In this document: positions 7,089 to 13,395 of the stretch, in pieces
Layout of the letters: each line of letters begins with the position of its first letter
Position numbering within the stretch: position 1 is the first letter of the stretch
Origin: a virus
Strand: one strand, 5' to 3'
DNA: 13,406 nucleotides
Virus record (IMG/VR): IMGVR_UViG_2885994973_000001
Span: 1-13,406 of that record
Program-made: the position numbers and the translations under genes
Notes under the pieces: model-generated
The model's input: the letters and a program-made list of their open reading frames with translations, nothing else
Database searches by the model: none
What the model was told of the DNA's origin: nothing

Positions 7089-8369
7089 ATGAGCGTTAAA
7101 GACCAGCGACGGATTGACCGAGCAACCGGCTCAGAGAGCAAGACGGGTCGTCTCTTCATGGATGCTGCGTCAGCAGCATTGACCGACCTTTCGCGAGTAC
7201 GCCTGCTGCGCTGTGGCGTGGACACCGTGCGCCAGTTGTATCGGGGCCTGATCCGCCCTGAGATCATGTGCCTGTTCGAGAAGCCCGGCGCCATGGTCGA
7301 ATTCGCTGACCAGATCTGGCACTCGGGCCGTGTCAGCAAAGACTCTGGCTACCAGTACAAGCTCCAGAACGCTGACCTCGGCATCATCCTGCTGGTGAAG
7401 AACTTCAACGCCAAGATCGACGCCATCGGCGCCCACCTGAAAATCGAAGTCTCGCCCCATGCCATCGACGCGCTGTCGCCTGAGCGCCTGCAAGACCGCA
7501 TGGACTATTACGCCTCGGCTGTCCTGACCCACCGTGAAATCAACCAGTGCGCAGTCCACCTCGCCCTGGATCTGCAAGGCTGGAAACCGCCTGTAGATCT
7601 GGTCGCCCGTATGCACTGCCGGGCACGCACTCAACGCGATATTTCGGGCATCAATGAAATCAACTGGACCACAAAATCCAGCACCTACGGTCGCGGCGAA
7701 ACCTTCATGTTCGGTTCGGCCAGCGGCGTGCAACTGGCGATCTACAACAAGACCGAGCAAGCCCGGGCAACCGACAAACTCGACTACTGGGAAAGCGTGT
7801 GGAAGCGCCGCGACAGCTTCGACCCACAAGATCCCGATAACTATGATCCTGACGCCGATGTATGGCGCGTAGAGCTGCGCTATCACCATTCGGTCATCCA
7901 GCAATTCGCCAGTGGCTCAATCGACCTGAAGTCCGGCGCACTGATCGACACCAGCTCCTTTGCCGCCTTCGCTGGGCATCTGGACGGCCTGTGGCGCTAT
8001 GGCTTGAGGCAATTCAAGTTGCTGGCCCGCCCAGGATATTTCGAGCCCATCTGGACGCTGATCCGCGACGACGTGCGCGTCGATCTGCCGGTGGACTCCC
8101 TGCTCGATGACACCGAATACAAGCGTTACTACAAGACCTCGCGTGGCTTCTCCGGCAAGAACGTGGAGCTATTCCTGGGAAACTTCGTAAGCCTGCTGGC
8201 AAGGGAAAAGGTGGGCGCAAAAAAGGCGTTTAAGACCCTGCAGCAATGGGACTGCTGGCCGGTCATCCGCGATCATTACGCCGCCAAGGACATGACCCAG
8301 GACGATCTCTACAAACATATCCGGGATCTTCTGCAGGAGCGTCACGTGCGGTGGGGTAGAGCGGTCTGA
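7089..8369 (+). CDS. Rolling-circle replication initiation protein (Rep_trans-like motifs), 426 aa
   Basis: The ATG at 7089 follows the structured spacer. Motifs AVHLALDLQG, LAIYNKTEQ (candidate catalytic Tyr) and VWRVELRYHH resemble the RxDxAxD / YxK / RxE pattern of replication initiation factors of filamentous phages and RCR plasmids. The track ORF start at 6924 would overlap the secretin by 98 nt and is rejected. Confidence 0.7.
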   Translation: MSVKDQRRIDRATGSESKTGRLFMDAASAALTDLSRVRLLRCGVDTVRQLYRGLIRPEIMCLFEKPGAMVEFADQIWHSGRVSKDSGYQYKLQNADLGIILLVKNFNAKIDAIGAHLKIEVSPHAIDALSPERLQDRMDYYASAVLTHREINQCAVHLALDLQGWKPPVDLVARMHCRARTQRDISGINEINWTTKSSTYGRGETFMFGSASGVQLAIYNKTEQARATDKLDYWESVWKRRDSFDPQDPDNYDPDADVWRVELRYHHSVIQQFASGSIDLKSGALIDTSSFAAFAGHLDGLWRYGLRQFKLLARPGYFEPIWTLIRDDVRVDLPVDSLLDDTEYKRYYKTSRGFSGKNVELFLGNFVSLLAREKVGAKKAFKTLQQWDCWPVIRDHYAAKDMTQDDLYKHIRDLLQERHVRWGRAV

Positions 8370-9349
8370 TGGCGATCAAGAAGCTTCCTGATGGCCGTTG
8401 GCATGTAGACATTGAACCCGCTCATGACCGGCGTTTTCGTAGAACCTTCAAAACCAAGGGTGAGGCTCAACGCTTTGAAACTACCTGCCGCTCCAAGGTA
8501 GCTGAATCGCGCGACTGGTCGCCAAGGCCCAAGGATAAACGTCGGCTCTCTGAGCTTATGCAGCTCTGGTATGACTTGCACGGCCACTCACTGCGATATG
8601 CAGCCGGTCGCCTGCGTAAACTGCTCTATCTTGCTAAGCGTCTGCGCAATCCCGTGGCCATCCGACTCGACCCGCATGTCTACGCTAATGACCGGCGCTT
8701 GAGGATGGAAGCCGGCACTTCGCCCAAGACGCTCAATAACGAGCTGGGTTACCTGCGTGCCGTGTACAACGAGCTGCGCGGCCTGGGCGTTATTGACTAC
8801 CCGAATCCGCTGGAGCTGGTTAAGCCATTGCGTGTCCAAGAACGTGAGTTGTCCTGGCTGACTAATGAGCAGATAGCCGAGTTGCTGCAGGCGATCCGTT
8901 CGGGCTGCGATAACCCGCACGTCGAAATCATCGTGTTGATCTGCTTGGCCACTGGTGCCAGATGGTCTGAGGCCGAAAAGCTCAAGCCGCATTCGTTGCG
9001 TAACCGGGTGATTACGTTCAGTGGTACCAAAAGCGGCAAGGTACGATCGGTGCCGATCTCTGCCGAGCTTGAAGCCAGGATCATTCGTCACTGGCGTGAG
9101 TATGGCCAGCCAAACTCGGCCATTACCGCGTTCCGCCGCGCCTTGGCCCGCACGACCATCAAGCTACCGAAGGGGCAGGCAGCGCATGCACTGCGCCATA
9201 CCTTCGCTAGCCACTTCATCCAAAACGGCGGAAACATCGTCACGCTACAGCGAATCCTGGGTCATTCGAGCTTGGCCATGACCATGCGGTATGCGCATCT
9301 CGCTCCTGACCATCTGCAGGACGCTTTACGTTTCGGCCCTACGTTGTGA
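8369..9349 (+). CDS. int: Tyrosine recombinase / phage integrase, 326 aa
   Basis: It has ATGARWSEA (Arg I), HALRHTFASH (HxxR) and LGHSSLAMTMRYAHL (catalytic Tyr). The start is coupled to rep through TGATG. It lies next to the attP-like site. Confidence 0.9.
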   Translation: MAIKKLPDGRWHVDIEPAHDRRFRRTFKTKGEAQRFETTCRSKVAESRDWSPRPKDKRRLSELMQLWYDLHGHSLRYAAGRLRKLLYLAKRLRNPVAIRLDPHVYANDRRLRMEAGTSPKTLNNELGYLRAVYNELRGLGVIDYPNPLELVKPLRVQERELSWLTNEQIAELLQAIRSGCDNPHVEIIVLICLATGARWSEAEKLKPHSLRNRVITFSGTKSGKVRSVPISAELEARIIRHWREYGQPNSAITAFRRALARTTIKLPKGQAAHALRHTFASHFIQNGGNIVTLQRILGHSSLAMTMRYAHLAPDHLQDALRFGPTL

Positions 9350-9359
9350 ATCTCAGCGG

Positions 9360-9605
9360 CTACTTATCGCTGATTCTCGCCCTGGCTAAGGCATTCGCTG
9401 CAAGGTGCTTGATATACCTCAGCTCGCCCGGCGTGTGCTTATCTGACTGGTGCGCTTCGATCAATCTCACAAGCTCATTAATACTTTTTGGATCTTTCGC
9501 CATCTCAGCCTTGATGATTTCGATAGCACCGTCAGCGCAATAGCGCTCAACTCCGCCGAAATTCAGTTCTCCGACGTTTATCTTCAATTTCGACCCTCCG
9601 CGCAC
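9360..9605 (-). CDS. Hypothetical small protein, 75-81 aa, between int and att
   Basis: The ORF is convergent with int and has intermediate GC. The track start is GTG at 9605. A TTG at 9587 has a better SD (GGAGGG, 6-nt spacer). I recognised no motifs. Confidence 0.4.
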   Translation of the reverse strand: MRGGSKLKINVGELNFGGVERYCADGAIEIIKAEMAKDPKSINELVRLIEAHQSDKHTPGELRYIKHLAANALARARISDK

Positions 9606-9688
9606 TTTCTCAGCCGGCGTGAAGGTAAAGCATGAGCGCCCTTACGCAAGCAGTAATCATAGATACTTACGACTAATTTACGACACAC

Positions 9689-9733
9689 AAAGAAAAACCC
9701 CTGACTTTCTCTAGGAAAATCAGGGGTTTATTT
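9689..9733. terminator. Bidirectional rho-independent terminator
   Basis: A 12-bp stem with one mismatch pairs CCCCTGACTTTC (9698-9709) with GAAAATCAGGGG (9715-9726) around the loop TCTAG. An A-run (9689-9697) precedes it and TTTATTT (9727-9733) follows. On the minus strand it directly follows the tRNA-like ...CCA end. Confidence 0.75.
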
Positions 9734-9755
9734 GGTGGAGCCGGGGGGATTTGAA
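9733..9755 (-). other. attP core candidate: 23-nt copy of a tRNA-like 3' end (T-loop, T-stem, acceptor strand, ACCA)
   Basis: The minus strand reads TTCAAATCCCCCCGGCTCCACCA: T-loop TTCAAAT, stem CCCCC, acceptor CGGCTCC, discriminator A, then CCA. The upstream 5 nt (ACGGA) cannot form the T-stem, and no matching 5' acceptor strand occurs within 100 nt. It is therefore a fragment, not a gene. Confidence 0.65.
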
Positions 9756-9770
9756 TCCGTTTCAATTACT

Positions 9771-9785
9771 GCCCTTTGCTGCCTA
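9771..9785 (+). repeat. 15-bp direct repeat GCCCTTTGCTGCCTA, copy 1 (candidate integrase arm site)
   Basis: It is a perfect match to 9843-9857, 72 bp apart, inside the non-coding att region. Confidence 0.6.
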
Positions 9786-9842
9786 TGTTTGCTCAACGTC
9801 AGCAAATACGCACCGTATGTTTATTCACGCCTGCCCAATGTA

Positions 9843-9857
9843 GCCCTTTGCTGCCTA
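9843..9857 (+). repeat. 15-bp direct repeat GCCCTTTGCTGCCTA, copy 2
   Basis: It is a perfect match to 9771-9785. Confidence 0.6.
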
Positions 9858-9932
9858 GCGTTTACGACACTTTTTCGACACCACGACGCTTTCCAATCTT
9901 GGGTTGGATCGTTTTTCGCCTGAGTCAGCTCG

Positions 9933-11156
9933 CTAAGGAATGCTCAGGTCTTTAATCTGTGAGAAAGCAAATTTTAATATCTGTTTTGTGAAGTCGTTTA
10001 GTTCGTCGTTTTTTGCGATGGCATAAATAATTCCTATGATTAACACACCTGCAGCAAGGTCATTTATAAAAATCAGTCTTGATTTGGATTTTATTATGAT
10101 GGTGAGTAATTTTTCTTTTGCTTCCTCTGCGCTTACTCGTACTTCGTTTTCATCTTTCATCACTTCGTAACGTTTTAGGGAACGTTTTATTTGCTCGGCT
10201 AAAGCGTCGTAAGCCTCAGAATGAATTCTGTTGGCTATGACGGTCAGAATCCATACACATAATAGAGAAAAGCATACCATTCCTAACGATGGGATATCAT
10301 CACTTCGAGCTAGTGCCGCAACAGCAATTACTGCTCCTGGAATTGCAAAAGCTTTTGTTTGGCTTGAGGATATTGAATCGTTGATTTTTGTTATGTACTC
10401 AGTGGACTTTTCTTCTATTTCTGTAAGTAATTTATTTGCCGAGAATTTGTGAAGATATACATCGTAGTTTTCTTTGTATTTCTTTTGTAGTCTACTCCCC
10501 TGCGTTATCAGCCAAGGCATTGATGTGTTTTCTTCAAGTAATTCCGCTAGGGATGTTCTTAAAACATCTCTACGTTCTTTTTGATGACCATCTAAAAGTT
10601 TGATTGCACTGTGTAGTTGGTCAAGATCTTCGCTCGTGCTGTCTGTAATGCACAGCTCCAACAGTTCAGGGAGCTTGATTTTTTTAGGGTTTACTTCGTA
10701 AATCTTTGCTCCTTTGTCTGTGCTTATGAAGTATATGAGCGTTGAATCATTGCCCTCTGAGCCTCTGTGGTCTTTGAGACTCGTCAGAAATTGTCTCCAG
10801 CTCAGATAGTGCTCTATCGTTTTTATTTCTTTTGCTTTTTTATCGCACTCACTATGAATTTTTTCTTTAAGAATATAGTAATTTGCCGGGAGTTTTTCAT
10901 GGTTCCTTGCCTCATCCCATAGAGCTTCAATTGACTCATAAAAGGGAGAGTTGTTGTCCCAAGCTTCGGCGTCTAGTTCAATAGCTAAGTAATATATTTC
11001 GGCATCATGGCTTTCTATGGTTTGGGCTCTCAAGTACCCAATCTCACAAATTTCACTGTGAGCTTTTCTAAGTTCTTCTTCGCTACCGTAAATGCAAAGA
11101 AAGCCGCCCTCTGCCTTGGGCGGTAACTTTTGTAAAAGCTCAGTTAGAGTCTTCAT
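9933..11156 (-). CDS. Cargo protein B: large soluble N-terminal domain plus three C-terminal TM helices, 407 aa (414 aa if TTG at 11177 is used)
   Basis: G+C is low (19/60 in 10021-10080). The ATG at 11156 has GAGAG 5 nt upstream, while the track start at 11177 is TTG without an SD. Hydrophobic helices lie at about aa 276-291, 297-316 and 368-388 (414-aa numbering). It overlaps the end of the upstream gene. Confidence 0.75.
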   Translation of the reverse strand: MKTLTELLQKLPPKAEGGFLCIYGSEEELRKAHSEICEIGYLRAQTIESHDAEIYYLAIELDAEAWDNNSPFYESIEALWDEARNHEKLPANYYILKEKIHSECDKKAKEIKTIEHYLSWRQFLTSLKDHRGSEGNDSTLIYFISTDKGAKIYEVNPKKIKLPELLELCITDSTSEDLDQLHSAIKLLDGHQKERRDVLRTSLAELLEENTSMPWLITQGSRLQKKYKENYDVYLHKFSANKLLTEIEEKSTEYITKINDSISSSQTKAFAIPGAVIAVAALARSDDIPSLGMVCFSLLCVWILTVIANRIHSEAYDALAEQIKRSLKRYEVMKDENEVRVSAEEAKEKLLTIIIKSKSRLIFINDLAAGVLIIGIIYAIAKNDELNDFTKQILKFAFSQIKDLSIP

Positions 11157-12300
11157 CTGAGCTCTCGTGATCTCCAATGCTAGCTTTTATTTTCTCTCTA
11201 TCTGCTTCGCTTAAGGGGATTTTTAGATAAGTTAGCTCGTCATCTACCTGCACCGGTTTATTCGATCCTGCGTATCCTATCGATGCAGCTTTTACCGATA
11301 CAGAATAGTTGCTATTGAAATCAGTGATTTTAATAGAGATGCTTTTTTCTAAAGCTTGCCGTGTCGCTTCAAAAACAGAGTTGATTTGAAATCCATTTTC
11401 ATTTGCATATTTAGCAAATGTTGCTGTGAGTTTGTGTCCTGCAGGTAGGCCTTTGTCTATTACTTGTTGTATTTCAACTAGTGAAACTTGTTTGCCCAGA
11501 TTTTTTTCAATATGTTCGTAAACTTTTTCAGTAACCTTTTTCAGGAATGCTGGCCCAAGTTTATTCTCATTTGAGAATTTCTTGATTGCCTCGAACACAT
11601 TGTTTACGCTTTGCTGGTTTGTGACTTTTATGTCGCACCCTAAAGCTGTTTTGAAAAACTCAGCTTTTGACTTCCCGTCGATGAAGTGCAGGTACGCTGA
11701 ACCTTCTTTTTTGGGGTGTATCTCGAGAAATAGCGTCAGATCGAACATTGCAGCTTGTCGCAATGCGTCAGTATCTATAGGTTGTAATCTTCTCGGCTGA
11801 AGGGTTCCTTCTTCAAATTCAAAGGCTCCTTTTTTGTCAACCATTACAATCATCAGTCTTCCATGATCTTCATAGTCGCCAAAAGTTTTGTAATGCATGA
11901 ACACGATGTTTCCGCCTACAAGGTTTCGACTCTCCGACTCATTGGCTGTTATGGTTAGAATTTTTATCAGTTCTACCGCTAAGTCATCTAGCGCTATATC
12001 TCCTGATATTAGTTTTTTTAATCCATCCGGTGTTTTGTTAGATGGTAGTCCAGAAAAATAGCTGTGAAACTTATTTTTTCTTCGAAACTTTTTTTGTATT
12101 TGCTCAACGAATTCTGTAGAAACGTTGTTTTTCAAATTCCATGTGTTACCGACTTGATACTTGAAGGGGTGGCCTTTAGTCTCTTTGTCTCGTTCTAGTG
12201 ATGCAGTTATAGCTGCTAGTACAGATATGCTAGGTGAAGCAGTCGGTGTTTTCTCTGATTTGCTATCTTCGCTAACTTCAGTGCCCACTTTGTTGTTCAT
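11140..12300 (-). CDS. Cargo protein A: NdpA/YejK-family (NA37) nucleoid-associated protein homologue, 386 aa
   Basis: Motifs align by eye with E. coli YejK. VGGNIVFMHY matches ADGGIVLFCHY, and LMIVMVD matches LLVAVLS. IDTDALRQAAMFDLTLF matches INHADIVARIDLTEW. AYLHFIDGKSKAEFFKTALGC matches [24 protein letters not shown]. G+C is low and the start is ATG at 12300. Confidence 0.75.
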   Translation of the reverse strand: MNNKVGTEVSEDSKSEKTPTASPSISVLAAITASLERDKETKGHPFKYQVGNTWNLKNNVSTEFVEQIQKKFRRKNKFHSYFSGLPSNKTPDGLKKLISGDIALDDLAVELIKILTITANESESRNLVGGNIVFMHYKTFGDYEDHGRLMIVMVDKKGAFEFEEGTLQPRRLQPIDTDALRQAAMFDLTLFLEIHPKKEGSAYLHFIDGKSKAEFFKTALGCDIKVTNQQSVNNVFEAIKKFSNENKLGPAFLKKVTEKVYEHIEKNLGKQVSLVEIQQVIDKGLPAGHKLTATFAKYANENGFQINSVFEATRQALEKSISIKITDFNSNYSVSVKAASIGYAGSNKPVQVDDELTYLKIPLSEADREKIKASIGDHESSDEDSN

Positions 12301-12348
12301 GGCTTTCCCTATTCTGCTTGTGCTGACTTATATTATTATCTTTGCTGG

Positions 12349-12891
12349 TTAATCTCTGTGGCTTAGCCCAACTGCAGACCTACAGTTTCTGCGTTCTATG
12401 CTTCCTTCCTTGTGAGGCCAGCACGCGCGATCTTTCATGCTAGGTGACTGTTCTATTATTGTTACGCGCACCTTGTCTGCACTCTTCGCCGTCTCTCTTA
12501 CTTGATGTGCTCGTGTTGCAGGTATCACATTGACTGCATGAGCCGGTAGATATGTTGCTGCGTTGTATTCAGTTTGTTTAGGCTGCTGAATCTGAGTACT
12601 TTGCGAAGTTCGCTCCGTTTCGCTTGAGCGTCTCGCCACCTCTTCAACGATCTTGTCCCAGTCTTTTTCGGCGGGCGCCGATCTGGTGATTTCTGCGATG
12701 GGGGCTTGCTTTGACTTTTGGCCGTTAAGTATTTGGTCAGCCACGTCATGCATATAAAGCGCGCTCAGGGTGTAGAGCATTCCTACCGTGAGGATGCTTC
12801 CCAGAAATGACGCAACAATCCATGTTGATCCATTGCTTCTGCGGGCACTTGGCCTGAAGTGAGTCGGTGCATCATCCCTGTCAGCTTTCAT
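12349..12891 (-). CDS. Membrane-anchored hypothetical protein, 180 aa, downstream of the repressor
   Basis: The SD AAGGA is 7 nt upstream of the ATG. A positively charged N-terminus (RPSARRS) is followed by one TM helix (WIVASFLGSILTVGMLYTLSALY) and a roughly 130-aa polar C-terminal domain with 2 Cys. It is on the same strand as the repressor, 55 nt downstream. Confidence 0.6.
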   Translation of the reverse strand: MKADRDDAPTHFRPSARRSNGSTWIVASFLGSILTVGMLYTLSALYMHDVADQILNGQKSKQAPIAEITRSAPAEKDWDKIVEEVARRSSETERTSQSTQIQQPKQTEYNAATYLPAHAVNVIPATRAHQVRETAKSADKVRVTIIEQSPSMKDRACWPHKEGSIERRNCRSAVGLSHRD

Positions 12892-12946
12892 TCCTTCATC
12901 CTTGTCGTTCGGGCGTACCAGCGCCTAGCTACTTCCTGAGTGATCG

Positions 12947-13213
12947 CTATCCCGCGTTTTGACCGGTCAAGGTTCGATTGGCCTCGTCGTATTCGGGGCT
13001 CGTTTGGCCGATTTCAGGCATCACCTCCCCAGTGCTCAGCCACCATCTGTAATTCGGGTAAGCCTTGCCCAATATCTCTATTTCTTCAGCTCCGACCCGC
13101 GCTCTGCCGCGCTTAATACTCACCCAACGGTTGTAGTCCGTCTCGCCTGCTCGGGTCAGCTCGCTGAGGTTGCTCGCGCTGATTAGTAGAAGGGCTCTAT
13201 CAGTAATGTTCAT
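12947..13213 (-). CDS. Small HTH immunity repressor (Pf4r / P2 C-like by position), 88 aa
   Basis: It is divergent from the excisionase-like gene across the repeat-rich operator. It has an HTH-like segment, NLSELTRAGETDYNRWVSIKRG. Its size is typical of inovirus/P2-type C repressors. Confidence 0.6.
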   Translation of the reverse strand: MNITDRALLLISASNLSELTRAGETDYNRWVSIKRGRARVGAEEIEILGKAYPNYRWWLSTGEVMPEIGQTSPEYDEANRTLTGQNAG

Positions 13214-13395
13214 TCAATAGAAATATAGATTATTTGGACTATGTACAAGACATACTCTAAAGGGTAATGTTTGCACTATGTCCATGGCTATAGTCCATGT
13301 TGATAGTCCTTATAGACTCCCATAGTGCAACAAAGGCCAAGATTGTGGAAGGAACCGACCTGACTTTAAGCCGCGTAGTTGGAGCCCCGCCGGTG
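13214..13395. promoter_or_regulatory. Divergent repressor/excisionase intergenic control region (operators plus promoters); contiguous copy
   Basis: This 182-bp AT-richer spacer lies between the repressor ATG (13213, minus) and the xis ATG (13396, equivalent to 138). It holds a 9-bp inverted repeat, TGCACTATG at 13272-13280 and CATAGTGCA at 13321-13329. The ATAGTCC/GGACTAT motif recurs (13236-13242, 13290-13296, 13303-13309). CTATGTCCATG and CTATAGTCCATG form a direct near-repeat. Confidence 0.6.

Larger units (their letters stand above)
1..13258. mobile_element. One complete unit of a Pf-like filamentous phage (Inoviridae-type) genome or prophage, circularly permuted
   Basis: The Ff-like gene order is ssDBP, two tiny hydrophobic ORFs, major coat, g3p-like, g6p-like, Zot/g1p ATPase, secretin, then RCR Rep, integrase and a divergent repressor/excisionase pair. 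Bases 1-148 are identical to 13259-13406, giving a 13,258-bp period. An attP-like site sits internally next to int. Confidence 0.85.

Noticed and set aside
4571-8369. Internal in-frame starts producing g11p-like (within the g1p gene) or gX-like (within rep) proteins, as in Ff
   Set aside because: This is plausible by analogy, for example the Met before the TM segment of the g1p-like protein. However, I found no convincing internal SD by eye, so it cannot be supported from sequence alone.
9346-9543. 65-aa plus-strand ORF overlapping the end of int and antisense to the 81-aa ORF
   Set aside because: It is hydrophobic, low-complexity antisense sequence with no SD. At most one of the two overlapping frames can be real, and the minus-strand one has the better start context.
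9733-9825. A complete tRNA or tmRNA gene on the minus strand
   Set aside because: Only the T-loop, the 3' T-stem, the acceptor strand and CCA are present. The 5' T-stem (ACGGA) does not pair, and no complementary 5' acceptor strand occurs upstream. It is an att fragment.
9732-9923. 63-aa plus-strand ORF across the att region
   Set aside because: It runs through the tRNA-like fragment and the direct repeats, has no SD, and has odd Cys/Leu-rich composition. It is most likely non-coding.
9350-9932. A PfiT/PfiA-like toxin-antitoxin pair downstream of int, as in Pf4
   Set aside because: Only one small ORF is present, with no adjacent partner gene, and I recognise no toxin or antitoxin motif.
9919-9948. 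Hairpin CCTGAG...CTCAGG spanning the stop codon of cargo gene B as its terminator
   Set aside because: The stem is only 6-7 bp with an 18-nt loop, and an A-run rather than a T-run follows it on the minus strand. The strong terminator at 9689-9733 is the more credible transcript end.
10231-12352. Short plus-strand ORFs inside the cargo (10231-10452, 11582-11800, 12161-12352)
   Set aside because: They are antisense to long, well-supported minus-strand genes and have no ribosome-binding sites.
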